A program made the translations under genes and the position numbers. Shown in pieces: positions 1 through 12,779 of a DNA stretch of 64,000 bases; within the stretch, counting starts at the first letter, position 1, and each line of letters opens with the position of its first letter. The notes under the pieces were generated by a model. The model had not been told where the DNA came from. It worked only from the letters and a program-made list of their open reading frames with translations, and ran no database searches. Source of the DNA: Scyliorhinus canicula (lineage: Eukaryota); the NCBI RefSeq assembly GCF_902713615.1, contig NC_052161.1, positions 26,549,908 to 26,613,907 on the forward strand, read 5' to 3'.

Positions 1-54
1 CCCCCCTCCCCCTCCCTCCCCCTCCCCCCCCCCCCCTCCCCCCCCTCTCCCCCC

Positions 55-226
55 NNNNNNNNNNNNNNNNNNNNNNNNNNNNNNNNNNNNNNNNNNNNNN
101 NNNNNNNNNNNNNNNNNNNNNNNNNNNNNNNNNNNNNNNNNNNNNNNNNNNNNNNNNNNNNNNNNNNNNNNNNNNNNNNNNNNNNNNNNNNNNNNNNNNN
201 NNNNNNNNNNNNNNNNNNNNNNNNNN
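55..226. other. Assembly gap (N run) flanked by poly-C tracts
   Basis: Continuous run of n; the flanking poly-C is the G-rich 3' tail of the adjacent minus-strand LINE. Confidence 0.98.
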
Positions 227-2135
227 CTCCCCCCCCCCCCCCCTCCCCCCCCCCCCCCCCCCCCCCCCCTCCCCCCCCCCACCCCCCCCCCCCCCCCCCC
301 CAACCCCCCCTCCCCCCCTCCCCCCCCCCCCCCTTACCCCCCCTCCCCCCCTCCCCCCCCCCCCTCCGGGTTGCTGCTGCTGCCGGCCTATTTTCCTACT
401 GTTCTGCCAGGAAGTCCAGGAAAGGCTGCCACCGCCTAAAGAACCCCTGTATTGCTCCCCTCAGGGCAAATTTCACCTTCTCCAATTTAATGAAACCCGC
501 CATGTCATTGATCCAGGCCTCCATGCTTGGGGGCCTCGCATCCTTCCATTGAAGCAAGATCCTCCGCCGGGCTACAAGGGACGCAAAGGCCAGAACACCA
601 GCCTCTTTTGCCTTCTGCACTCCTGGCTCCACTGCAACCCCAAAAATTGCAAGTCCCCAGCCTGGCTTGACCCTGGATCCTACCACCCTCGACACCGTCC
701 TTGCTACCCCCTTCCAAAACTCCCCCAGCGCTGGGCATGCCCAGAACATATGGGTGTGGTTCGCTGGGCTCCCCGAGCACCTAGCACACCTGTCTTCGCC
801 CCCGAAAAACCTACTCATCCTCATCCCAGTCATGTGGGCCCTGTGCAGCACTTTGAACTGTATGAGGCTAAGCCTCGCACAGGAAGAGGAGGAATTCACT
901 CTTTCCAGGGCATCCGCCCACATCCCCTCCTCAATCTCCTCCCCCAGCTCCTCCTCCCATTTACCCTTCAGCTCCTTCACCGAGGCCTCATCCACCTCCT
1001 GCATGACGTGGTACACGTCCGATATCCTCCCCCCTTCAACCCACACCCCCGAGAACACCCCACATGGGGGCAGCAGAGGGAACCCCTCCACCTGCCGCCT
1101 GGCAAACGCCCTAACCTGCATATACCTAAACATGTTCCCTGGGGGGAGCCAAAACTTCCCCTCTAACTCACCATGCGCGCAAACCTCCCATCCACAAACA
1201 GGTCCCTCAACCTCCTAATACCTACCCTGTGCCAACCCAGAAACCCGCCATCGATGCTCCCTGGAACAAACCGGTGGTTCCCCCGTATCGGGGACTCCAT
1301 CGAACACCCCACCTCCCCCTATGCCATCTCCATTGCCCCCCAAATTTTGAGGGTATCCGCCACCACTGGGCTTGTGTTATACCTCGTTGGAGGGAGCGGC
1401 AATGGCGCCGTTACCAGCGCCTCCAGGCTCGTGTCCACGCAGGACGCCATCTCCATCCTCTTCCATGCTGCCCCTGCCCTGTCCATTAATTATCCAATGG
1501 GTAATTACCCACTTACGTACCATTGCTGCATTGGCAGCCCAATAGTACCCACAGAGGTTGGGCAATGCCAGCCCCCCCCCTATCCCTGCCCCACTCCAAA
1601 AACACCTTTCTCACCCTCGGAGTCCAATGCGCCCATACAAATCCCGTAATACTCCTGTTGACCCTCCTAAAAAAGGCCTTCGGGATAAAATGGGGAGGCA
1701 CTGGAACAGGAATAAAAACCTTGGGAGCACCGTCATCTTGATGGACTGCACCCTCCCCGCCAGCGACAGCGGCAACATGTCCCATCTTTTGAACTCCTCC
1801 TCCATTTGCTCCACCAGCCTAGTGAGGTTAAGCTTGTGAAGGGCCCCCCAGCTCGTAGCCACCTGGACTCCCAGGTACCGAAAGCTCCTCCCCGCCCTTT
1901 TCAGCGGGAGCCTACCAATCCCCTCCCCTTGATCCCCCGGGTGCACGACGAATAGCTCACTCTTACCCAGGTTGAGCTTGTACCCAGAAAAGCCCCCAAA
2001 TTCCCTAAGGATCTGCATCACCTCCGGCATTCCCCCCACTGGGTCCGCCACATAAAGCAACAAGTCATCTGTGTATAATGACACTCGGTGCTCCTCCCTA
2101 CCCCGCACCAGACCCCTCCAATTCCTCGACTCCTT
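227..2135 (-). mobile_element. L1/Tx1-clade LINE, 3' part of ORF2 (RT C-terminus plus C-terminal CCHC zinc finger), 5'-truncated and frameshifted
   Basis: ORF 1611-2108 has the RT core SLYTDDLLLY and FSGYKLN; ORF 396-1133 has RCARC..ANHTHMFWAC; G-rich tail follows the stop. Confidence 0.92.
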
Positions 2136-2659
2136 CTGATCTTTACGTTCTATAATCTAAGTGGGGAGGACAAAGGAAGGTGAAGTTCAAAACAGACAAG
2201 TTACAAACTGAAATAAGGTCAGCAGCGTTTACCAATGCTGCAGACTGGCTGTCCAACCTATTGGAATATCTACAAATGGGGAAAATTTAATTCTCCATCT
2301 GAGGATCGGAGGAGGGCTTCCATAAAACGTGGAAGTCATTCACTCGGTTGTTCAAAGACCTATTTGTAGCCAACACCTAAGACACCAAAGAATAGGAGGG
2401 GGTAGCCACAATACAGCAGGGAAGGGGGGGGCAGAGGGGCAGAGAAACACGGAACCCAACCATGCCCAACAAAAGAAGCGAAGGGGGGCAGGGGCAACAA
2501 CCAGAACCAAAAAAAACAGCGGGGAACGATAAACAGGAAACCACAGCCGCCACTGTAAATAATGCAAAAGAAAGAACAACGATGTATGCCTGTAAATGTT
2601 GAAACTGACCAATGTGTATATATATATATATATATTTTCCCATGTCTCTTACTGTTGTA

Positions 2660-4260
2660 AAGTGGAGAAGGCACTGGCTGAGCAGGAGGTGCCCCAAGCC
2701 GCAGTGGAGTTGGAGGTGGAAATGTTGAGAGACCAACAGAAAAGGCTCCAGGAGAAGGTGGAGGATCTAGAGAACATGTCCCGCCGGCAGAACCTGAGAA
2801 TCGTGGGTCTCCCAGAGGGATCCGAAGGAATGGGTGCAGGGGCATACATAGCGGCTATGTTTGAGAAGCTACTGGAGGAGGGGACATTCTCCCGACCCTT
2901 GGAGGTGGACAGGGCGCACAGAGGGCTAGTGAGGAAGCTGTGTGTAGGCGACCCCTCGAGAGCAATGGTGGGGAGATACCACAGGTACCTTGACAAGGAG
3001 TGCATTATATGGTGGGCTAGGCAGGCGCGGAGCTGCAAATGGGAGAACAGTGCCCTCGGTATATATCAGGAACTGAGCGCTGACATGGCCAGGAGAAGAG
3101 CAGGGTTCAACCAGATAAAATCAACCCTTTTTAAGAAGGTAAAGTTTGGACTACTGTACCCGGCCCGTCTTTGGGTTACGCACAAAGAGCAACATTTCTA
3201 CTTCGAGTCGCTCGAGGAAGCGATGAACTTCGCGAGAAGGAAAGGGCTGGTAGCGGACTGAGGTGTTTGGACTGAACTTTGCTGCAGTGCTCATGTGTTT
3301 ATTTTTTCTCTTCTCTTCAGTTACTTTTTAAAAAAAGAAAGGGTTTTGTCTTTGGATATTACTTGTAATGCCTTTTGTATTGAGTTGGAGTCTGCAGACG
3401 AGCTGCTGGAGTTAAAATTTGCATTTGCTCTGATGGGGGATGGAGATATGAATGTTAGATTTTCTTTTTGATTTTCTTAGATTTTCTTTTTGATTTTCTT
3501 TGTGTGTTTCTTTTGGGCAATTGGGTTGGGTTTGGAATTTATGTTTGCATATGTGTCTCCGAGCCGTGTTGGGGGGGGGGGGGGTTGTTCTGCTCACGGG
3601 TGAGGGTTTTGGACATATGTAAGGAGCTTATGGGGATCAGAGGAAACACAGACCGAGGAGCTGAAACACAAATGGGAAGAGGAGGAGAGTTAGAGGATGG
3701 TCTCTGGGTGGATGTGTTGAGTAGGGTCAACGCATCCACAACACGTACCAGGCTCAGCCTCATACAATTCAAGGTCATTCACCGGTCTCACATGACAGTG
3801 GCCCGGACGAGCAGATTCTTTGGGGTGGAAGACAGGTGTGCAAAGTGTGCAGGAGGGCCAGCGAACCATGTCCACAGGCTCAGGACATGTCCGAAGCCTT
3901 GGGGATTCTGACAGGGGTTTGCATACGTAATGTCCAAACTACTGAAAACAAGGGTGACGCCGAGTCCTGAGGTGACGATTTTCGGGGTGTCAGAAGATCC
4001 GGGATTCCAGGAGGAGAAAGAGGCAGACGTTCTGGCCTTTGCCTCTCTGGTAGCCCGGAGACGGATATTATTAGCTTGGAGGGACTCAAAGCCCCCGAAG
4101 TCAGAGACCTGGCTATCGGACATGGCTAGCTTTCACTGGAGAATATGAAGTTCGCCTTGAGAGGGTCAATGTTAGGGTTTGCCCGAAGGTGGCAGCCATT
4201 TGTCGACTTCTTTCAGGAAAATTAACCGTCAGCAGAGGGGGGGGGGGGGGGGATTTAGTG
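2660..4260 (+). mobile_element. L1-clade LINE remnant: ORF1 C-terminal half fused to the ORF2 3' end (large internal deletion)
   Basis: ENMSRRQNLRIVGLPEG and FGLLYPARLWV (L1 ORF1), then RCAKCAGGPANHVH; colinear with the longer copy at 21200-26560. Confidence 0.9.
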
Positions 4261-4310
4261 TAGAGTAGGAGGCTAGAAATGGTGGGATCTGTGAGGGAGG
4301 AAGACAGCCT

Positions 4311-4473
4311 TGAAATGAAATGAAAGGAAAATCGCTTATTGTCACGAGTAGGCTTCAAATGAAGTTACTGTGGAAAGCCCCTAGTCGCCACATTCCGGCG
4401 CCTGTTCGGGGAGGCTGTTACGGGAATCGAACCGTGCTGCTGGCCTGCTTGGTCTGCTTTAAAAGCCAGCGAT
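4311..4473 (-). mobile_element. Short tRNA-headed SINE without V-domain, with the CCGAACAGGCGCCGGAATGTGGCGACTAG tail
   Basis: B-box GGTTCGATTCCC on the minus strand; same tail as copies at 15012, 38297, 52090 and 59004. Confidence 0.75.
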
Positions 4474-4506
4474 TTGTCGAGACCTGGTTGAGGTACTGGG
4501 GATATA

Positions 4507-4843
4507 TAGAACATAGAACATAGAACAGTACAGCACAGAACAGGCCCTTCGGCCCTCGATGTTGTGCCGAACAATGATCACCCCACTTAAACCCACGTAA
4601 CCCGTATACCCGTAACCCAACAATCCCCCCATTAACCTTACACTACGGGCAATTTAGCATGGCCAATCCACCTATCCCGCACATCTTTGGACTGTGGGAG
4701 GAAACCGGAGCACCCGGAGTAAACCCACGCGCACACGGGGAGGATGTGCAGACTCCACACAGACAGTGACCCAGCCGGGAATCGAACCTGGGACCCTGGA
4801 GCTGTGAAGCATTGATGCTAACCACCATGCTACCGTGAGGCCC
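4507..4843 (-). mobile_element. HE1-type V-SINE
   Basis: tRNA-like head with A/B boxes, V-domain GTGGGTTT.CTCCGGGTGCTCCGGTTTCCTCCCACAGTCC, and a (GTTCTAT)n HER1-type tail. Confidence 0.9.
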
Positions 4844-5479
4844 TATGTTCAAGCACTGAAGGTAATTCCTCGCAGAACCTCACAACAAATCTCTACCATT
4901 AGGGATCTGATTGACATGGAAAGAGTGGAGGAAGGGTTGGGCTTCTTATCCTAGAAAAGGTGAGAAGCAGACATATGACAGCAAAAGGGAAAAGATAAAA
5001 TCAGGGAAACTGGATTGCCAGGGGAAAACAAAAGGTCAGAGAGGAAACTATTAAAAGTTCTAAACTCATCTTCGAGCCCTGACCTCTGGAATTTGCCTCT
5101 ATCCCATGCTGCACCCTACAATACTCATGGACCCTGGAACTCAAGTGCATGTTGCACTTCAAGGCAATTGCTGAGAGTGAGTTGGGGCATATTTGGCAAC
5201 GGGAATCGGTCAGTGCCAACTGTGAATTTTTTTTGTTTAAAGCGGAACAAGTACTTCCACTAATGTTTAGTTGAATGCATTCTTCAGCGGTGGGCCTGCG
5301 GTCGTACAACCAGCTTCGAGGAGTGGTACGGAAATCCGGAGGTACAAAAATACATTAAATGTCAGTGGAATGTATCGTTAATCCTCACTTTGACAAATCC
5401 CCTTTTCACATTTCATCCGCCTCCAGGAGACAAGCCATCTCTCCACAATCAGTTGCTTAAATAAAACATCCAGAAAACA

Positions 5480-5960
5480 TTTCAAATGAAAGAGAAACCC
5501 CCAGAAACTGAAAGCACGCCAGAAATCCTGCCAGCTTTAAGTTCTGTAAGGCTCCGTACCGCGGTTATTTTCTAAATCACATTTATTTTTTTAAAGAAAC
5601 ACGCAAATGCCCAAATGTATTTTTTTTGTAATCCTTTAAAACATTCCCGATTTTGAAAAAGGCTCTTTCATTGGTCAGGCTGTAACCCCATTTGTTGCCC
5701 AACTTTCACCACCCACCCCGAAAAAAACACAGAAACGCCGCGAGTTAGAAACCTGACAATCGCCAGATCGGGGAGAGAAAAGAAAGGAGGGTTTTGTTGG
5801 ACACTAACCAGTACCGTCGGCCTAAGCAAGGGGCAGCTGCTCGGAGTGAAATAACAGGAAGAAAGTTGCTTTGCAGTTGGTTGGTTGTGGCTGAAATTGA
5901 CACAGTTGCTATTGGTCGCCCAGAGCTGGACGGGGGAAGGGATTGGATGGGAAACTGGCA
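5480..5960 (-). promoter_or_regulatory. Putative promoter and non-coding first exon of a minus-strand gene extending left of the window (possibly CASP7)
   Basis: Several ATTGG (minus-strand CCAAT) at about 5670, 5911 and 5942; ETS-like CAGGAAG at about 5855; donor-like GCG|gtacgg at 5560/5559; tandem ISRE-like motifs at 5488-5514; non-repetitive, CpG-retaining sequence. Gene identity is synteny inference only. Confidence 0.35.
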
Positions 5961-6252
5961 ACTGCCGGCTGCCAGCTCCTCCCCGCTCCCCGCTGAATCT
6001 CACTTCAATCCGCCGGCGGGACTCCTCCCGCTCGTCGGCGCTAATCTTAAAATCGTTCGGCCAAGAAAGACAGGCGCAAGATTCGGATCGGCTCCAATTC
6101 TAGGAATCGGTGCCTTTATTTTGACAGTCGCTGTACTTCCTCGCAGTACATCCCACCCCCCCCCCCACCTCCGGACTGGGTGCAAGGGGTCAGTTTAGAC
6201 CCTTCGGCCACGCCCGGAAAACCGGCCAGTTTCCGATTCGCTTTAGAAACCA

Positions 6253-9200
6253 GGGCGCGAATCTCCGGACTCGTCGCGGGCGAGAGGGGGGCCGGCGAAT
6301 AGCCTGAGAGGCGGAAAATGAGAATCGCGCCAGGCGCCAAACCGTTTGCGTTGCCGTGGCGAGGAACCATTTATCACCCCTTAAACCCCATCTCTGTACA
6401 ATTAACAGGAGCCACCCCTTATCCAATGGCCTCTCGTCATTCAGCGGCCTCCCCAGCAAGTGGTCACGCTGGCGCCGATTCGTACTCCTTTTGAAAAACA
6501 TGAACGTGGCGGGTGGGCTGCTGCGGGGAGCCGAGGACGTCAGCAGCCATCTTCGCTCACAGACAGTGAGCCCGGCGGTACTGGGCATCCTGCCCCTGTG
6601 CTTGGGGAGGGGGTGGTAACCGGGGATGAAGTACCTGGCATGGTGGGGCTGGGGGTATCAGTGCTGGGAGAGCCCTGCGGGCAATGGGGTTGGGGGTGGG
6701 TGTGTGCAGGTCCGCCATGTCAATCCCTGGGCCGTGTGCTCCTGTACAGGCAGCAACCCCAGCCCTGGCCTGTCTGCCTCACCGACCACCCATAACTCCC
6801 ACTGACCACGGAGGCCGTGTGGCTGAAGGCTATTGCTAATAGGGAATTGGCAGTCATGGTTAAGTGAGCACTTCACACAACCCAAGCAGATATCCATGGA
6901 TGGGCGGATCATGTGGCATGTGGGAATCATTGCCTAGCATCCAAATCACACCTTGATTCATGGACACTGTGCCTGAATACTGCGGGAGGCAACACAACAC
7001 ACACAGCAGCCAAACTTTGAACACCCAAGGGATGGGCACCAGCCGTCCTGGGCACATGTCCGCGGCCAAGTGTGTATGGGCAGGGTGTGGGGGGGCTTGG
7101 GGTTGGTGGTCGGCACGCATCCCGGAACAAAGAGCCAGAGGCCTCATACTGGTTGTGATGAATGTATTTTAATGTTCTTTGTACAAGTGTATGTCACTGC
7201 CCCATTACCCTGATGGTGCCACCCTACTATCTCCACCCTCCCCCAACCCGCTACAATGCCCCTTCACCCAATACACACTCGATTCCTTACCCCCCATCTA
7301 CTCCTCCCCCTCCCAGTGCCCTCCGTGATCCTCAATGTTCCCTCCTTGCTCCACGGCTATTTCTAGGTGTGTCCCCAGGATCCACATCAGAGGTGGAGGC
7401 AGCCAGCTTCTTACCAACGCCGTGGCCTTCGATGCCCTTAGCGGGCGTCCTCTGGGGCTTTGGGGCCGCAGGGCCCCGGCATACTTGTCGGCGGCACATG
7501 CTTAGCCGTACCGCCCTGTTCTGGGTGCTGGCTGTGAGATTCGGCTTCATCAGGGGCTGGGACTTGGGGGAGCTGGTAGTCACTGTTGTCAAGCCATAGG
7601 ATGGGTCTGCATTGCCATCCATCACCCCCTCCTCCCGGATGGTGCGCATAGGGCCTTGGGGTTCAACTCAGGATGGGGAGGCAGCTGGATTGAACCCCGG
7701 CTGCTCCTGCATCATCTGGCTCTGCCAGCTCTTGTGGCCCGCAATATCTGCATCACTGTGTCGATGCCCTTGCTCCTCAGTGATTGGGCCATGCTCTGCA
7801 GAGATTCGGCAATGCACACCTGTGATTGGGCAAGCTCCGTAGCACGTTGGCCAATCCTATCTGAGACCGGGATATGTCCCGTAGCACCTCATCAAGGTCA
7901 GCCTGGTACTGGGTCACGTCCCCACATCGGGTCGGACAATCTACCAAGGCCCTCAGCCATGGTCGTCACCGACTGCACAACGCCTTGGACACCTTCACAC
8001 ATGCTGCTGACGTTGTGCACCAGGTTCTCCACTGCGGTCACCACCCTAGTAGTGTTGGCCTTGGTGCCACTCATTGCTGGTGATATCTCCTGGACCCGTA
8101 GCCTCTGGGACTCCTCCAATCAGCTATGGACCTGCTGACATCTCCCTCTGACTGTCCCGGCCGCACCCTAACATCTCCATCAGCTCTGGTAAACCTGTTT
8201 GAGGCTCAGCATCTGGCTGGGACCCAGCTGAGTCCTGGCATCCAGCAGCCCTCCAAGTGCTGTCTCGCCTGGGTGTTACTGCCTCCACCTGATGTGCATC
8301 AGCGACTGTGTGGTGCTCACCAGAATGTGTCCCGTCAGCCTGTCCACTAACGTTGCCCACCGAGCTGTGTGTATCTGTTCTGGTGGAGGGTGCGGATGAC
8401 AGCTGTGACACATCGACTGTGGCATCCTCGCAGCTCTCCTCTGAGGTGGTCTCATGGTCGGCAGGGAAGGGGGCCACCCCGGATGGGCCATCAGCTGGAG
8501 GACCTGTGGAAGAATGAACATGTGTTCAGATGGAGGGATGGGTCAGATGTATGGCAATAACAACTCACGTGTGATAGTCCATCTGGGTGGGGTCCAGTGG
8601 ATCCCCACCTTTGCGGCATGCCCGACCTCCGCATTGTGGGCAGCACGGTAGCACAAGTGGCTAGCACTGTGGCTTCACAGCGCCAGGGTCCCAGGTTCGA
8701 TTCCCCGCTGGGTCACATGTCTGCATGGGTTTCCTTCGGGTGCTCCGGTTTCCTCCCACAATCGAAAGACGTGTAGGCTAGGTGGATTGGCCATCATAAA
8801 TTGCCCTTAGTGTCCAAAAAGGTTAGGAAGGGTTATTGGGTTACGGGGATAGGGTTGAAGTGAGGGCTTAAGTGGGTCGGTGCAGACCCGATGGGCCAAA
8901 TGGCCTCCTTCTGCACTGTATGTTCTATGTATGTTCTATTGGTGACCGCTCTGATCTCAGTCACCCTTGTAACCTCCAGGCCATTTCCTCGTCGTGAGGA
9001 TACTTATATCCAACACCCCTCCGCCCATCTGGGCCCTCTCCCGACGATCGTGGGAGAGCTTCTCCTGTGGAGACTGAGAGGGTATCGTTAGCCACACGTG
9101 TGGTTCACATTGGTGGGGGGAGAGATGTGAAGAGAGGGTTGGGGTGTAGGTTGGGTTGGGGGCAGATGGGGGATTGGGGAATTAGTCGTGTTGGGGGGAT

Positions 9201-9698
9201 TCGGTAGGGTGTGGGGGGATGTCAACTGACCCGTGCTGCCTGGCGTTGTTGACCATCTTGGGCACTGGAGGCCAGTCCTCCTTGCCACGCTGCCCAAGCT
9301 GACTGCCGCTGCCATCTCATCCCTGGTGGGGCTGGCTGCCCTGTGGCTCACACTCTGGGGCCTCCATCCTGGCCTCCACCACATCTTTGAGCCTCCTCAG
9401 GTCCGTGTCTCCAAACCTTGGGGCCGATTGTCTCGGCGCCATGGCTGTGAGCTGAGCAAGCTTGGTTGTGCAAGTGCTTTTTAAGTGACATTTGACCTTG
9501 TTAGCGGAGGGGCTGGTGAGCGCGGTGCCGGAGAATCGGCTGGCAAACCTTCATTTGCGTTGTGAGGCCCATGGAGTCTTGTTAAGTGGACCAATTACCT
9601 TTGAATAGCGTTGCAAGCCTTGCTGGACCAAGGGCCGGGAAGCTCCTGGCAGTTCCCGCTCGCTAACACACTTAGAAACCTTTCCGAGAATCGCGCCC
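6253..9698 (-). mobile_element. PIF/Harbinger-type DNA transposon derivative retaining a degenerate Myb/SANT-like DNA-binding gene; nuclease ORF not evident
   Basis: TIRs GGGCGCGAATCTC...GAGAATCGCGCCC; minus ATG at 9442 reads MAPRQSAPRFGDTDLRRLKDVVEAR, followed by AAAVSLGSVARRTGLQC, typical of the Myb-like partner protein; low-complexity and coiled-coil ORF pieces at 7332-8477. Confidence 0.7.
8638..8938 (+). mobile_element. HE1-type V-SINE inserted in the Harbinger element
   Basis: GGGCAGCACGGTAGCAC head, B-box, V-domain, TGTATGTTCTA tail. Confidence 0.88.
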
Positions 9699-10811
9699 TT
9701 GGCTTTCCCTGCCGCCCACCAACAGGGACCACAAAAGTGGCGCCTGAGAAAGACGCAGTTGGTCCTGCGGTTTGGACATGGCGCAGGATTAGATGAGACC
9801 TACATTCAAAGTCAGCCTGCCTTCAGTCCCTGCCAAAGGAGACGATAGTATAGGTTACATCTGCAGCAGGATGTTCATTCGTGAGCTTCACATATTCTGT
9901 GCCTGAAGGAGTGAGCTGGAGAGATGCACAATTAGTACGGCATTATTACAGTAGCTGCAACATTCTTCCTGCCCACTTGACAGTGGCCCAATCAGACAGA
10001 AAATTAACTCAGAACCACCATAAATTATTGAGTGAGGGGGAGATATGAGGCTGGTACTGAAATCGGTTTTAAGCCGGGGGGGGGGGGGGGGGGGGGGGAG
10101 TGAGCAAAGGCTTGCACTTTAAGCTTGAGAAAGAAGGATTTAGAGTGCGGAGCCACCACAAAAACCACCGCTGCCAATGGTGGGACAAAGAGTCCAGTCT
10201 TGGGGTGTTGGAGGAGGTTAAGGATGGTAATGCCGCAGAGGGATCCATAAAAGGATGATCATTTTACATTGAGAGGCAATGTAGTTACTGGGACTTAGGT
10301 GCAGAACAGGATAGGAACAGCAAAGGTTAGGATGAGCTGAAATGTATTGAGGTGGAGAATAGTTAGGGCTAAAGGTACCAAAGACGGGCATAAACATTTC
10401 AGTAGCTGATGGGCTGAAGTCAGGGCAGGGGCAGAGGATGTTACATAGGATGAAATAGGTGTTTTGTATCTTGACCCAGTAAAGATAATCAATGTCCCTC
10501 GTCCATTTGTGTGCATATTGTGTTGTCATCCACTCATGCCATCTCTCATTTGCTCCATGTCAGGCCTTTTGTCCTCCATTCCATCACAACCTCTCTAGTA
10601 CCCTCTGCTCCACAAGACAAATTCCTTGTCTGTTCCCCTCCTGCCATTCTCCAAAGGGCCCATTGAAGCCTCCATTGCTGACTCTGTGCAGCAAACACGA
10701 TTGTCTTTTCCTTCTTTCTTCCCGACCTTCCCACCCTCCCACTTCACCGGAACTACTCACACCAACCTCCTACCCCTCTGCCAGAGGATCAAAAAATAAC
10801 CACCGTTTCTG

Positions 10812-11530
10812 TGGCATGGTGGCACAGTGGTTAGCACTGCTGCCTCAGCTCCAGAGACCCGGGTTCAATTCCGTCCTCAGGTGACTTTCTCTGTGGAGTC
10901 TGCACTTTCTCCCCGTGTCTGTGTGGGTTTCCTCCGGGTGCTCAGTGTGGTGAATGTGATTCACACTATATATAGTTGCCAATATCACTCCATGTATATA
11001 TGTTCGTTATCTACCCGTTGTAAGATCAATGCTGTATATAATTGCCAATATAACTCCGTGTATATATGTTCACTATCCACCATTGTAAGTGCAGTTGCAC
11101 TATCCGACCACCAGGGGGAGTCGCTCTGGGAGTGCGCGAGAGTTTGTACTGGGCTCCTCCCTTGGCTCCGCCCAGGATTCCTCCTCCTGGGACCGATGTA
11201 TAAAGATCAGTGCCTTAGAGCCAGCCTGCAGTTTATCTGGAGTTCAACGACGAATAGGCTGGCTCTATTGTAAGTGTATTAAAGCCTCTGTTCAGATCCA
11301 ACTACACGTGTTCGCTGAATTGATGGTTCCATCACTCAGGTTTCCTCCCACTGTCCAAAGATGTGCAGATTAGGTGGATTGACCATGCTAAATTGTCTCT
11401 TAGTGTCCAAAAGGTTAGATGGGGTTACTGGGATAGGGTGGAGGCGTGGGCTCAAGTAGGGTGCTCTTTCCAAGGGCGAGTGCAGACTCGGTGGGCTGAA
11501 TGGCCTCCTTCTGCACTGTAAATTCTATGA
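10812..11530 (+). mobile_element. HE1-type V-SINE interrupted by a solo LTR
   Basis: SINE halves rejoin as GGGTGCTCAG|GTTTCCTCCCAC across the insertion. Confidence 0.88.
10946..11334 (+). mobile_element. Solo LTR of a Gypsy-type retrotransposon (389 bp)
   Basis: TG...CA termini, perfect 5-bp TSD CTCAG (10941-10945 and 11335-11339), TATAAA and ATTAAA; termini TGTGGTGAA...GAATTGATGG..ATCA match the LTRs of the Gypsy at 44955-48173. Confidence 0.9.
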
Positions 11531-11891
11531 AATATGGTTCCAGAATATCCATTCACTCAAACCTTGCATCTGTTACTTTATTATGGCTGATTACATTGTC
11601 ATTTTGCTTTCACTGAAATTTGGGCTAATTGGTGACAACAGTTGTCCCTGGCCACACGATATCGGCTTTCTCTCCCAAACTGCCACCTTTGTCACCAAGC
11701 TACTCCTCTGAAACCTTGTCCTCTTTTGAACACTTCATCTTGGTCCACTGGTCTTGTCTCTCCTCTAAAATCATTCCCTACCATCTTACCCTATCCGGAG
11801 CTTCTCATCAAGACATCCACCTGCTTTCCCTTTAGCCTCTGCACTGTGTAACCTTATTCTCTGTGATCTCAAACTTCATCTTAACCACCTT

Positions 11892-12457
11892 GGGCTGGAT
11901 TCTGCGCCAAAATCGCGGCTGGCGCCGGGGCGGAGATTCCATTTCCTCGCATGGAATCGGCACCGGCGCCGGTTCCCCGATTCTCCCGGCCCCAAAAAGT
12001 GGCCATTGCCGGAGGCCATTCTCCGTCCCGACCAGCCGAAGTCCCAACGCCGTGGATCTAACATGGTCCTGCCAGTCAGGATACTAGCGTGGCAGCTGCG
12101 GACTCAGTCCACGGCCCCTCTGGCCGGGGGCGGGCCGAACGGAGGGCAGTGATGCCTTATATTGGACCGGGCAAACTTTGGGCGAGCGGTGTAGGTTGGC
12201 CGCGTGGCCAATTGGCAGCATTATGTTTAAGGTCCAGCTCGCCGATCTGAGTCTGCCATGGAGCACGACACAGCCTCTGATCTGGAAGTCCGGAGGCCTG
12301 TATCTGCCACAAAAGCTGCTACTTTTACGATGGTTCACTGCTAGCCCCCTGCGGGGCAAAGAATATGCGAGCCTTTCACACCTGTTTTTCTGGCGTGAAA
12401 GTCCACAGTTTTTACGACGGTGTGGGGACATAGTCCCAGAAACCGAGAATACAGCCC
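11892..12457. mobile_element. Harbinger-type MITE
   Basis: TIRs GGGCTGGATTCT...AGAATACAGCCC with 3-bp TSD CTT on both sides. Confidence 0.75.
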
Positions 12458-12779
12458 CTTGTCCTTTCTTGATCGCTCCTTCCATCTGAACACTAAGCTT
12501 GTGGTCACCGCTTCAACTGTTGCATTGGACTGCTCTCGACTACCATTGTCAAAATAAGGGCAACCACTTCCTTGTGTATCTCACTACTCATGGTTAACAT
12601 TCCTCCAGTCTCAGTTAGGTGTTTATTATACCTCCCCCATCACTGTCATGCTCCTACCAATGTAACTGCTCTAAATTACTAATCATTTTTACATCTAGTC
12701 ACATTAATGTATTTGCGTGTATAAACAAACACACACACAATGAGTGGCAAATGACCAGCAAGGACAAATAGACCATAAA

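Noticed and set aside
1-366. Poly-C tracts as telomeric or functional G4 arrays
   Set aside because: Adjacent to an N gap and correspond to the LINE G-rich tail; lengths are unreliable
4780-4843. tRNA genes suggested by A/B boxes here and in many other places
   Set aside because: They are tRNA-derived SINE heads continuous with V-domains and LINE tails
5385-5460. Small minus-strand exon with ATGs (MACLLEADEM* or MKCEKGICQ)
   Set aside because: No recognisable homology; one frame stops immediately; cannot be supported as CDS
5549-5560. GTACGGAGCCT shared by putative donors at 5559 and 35503
   Set aside because: 11-nt match with no flanking similarity; compatible with chance
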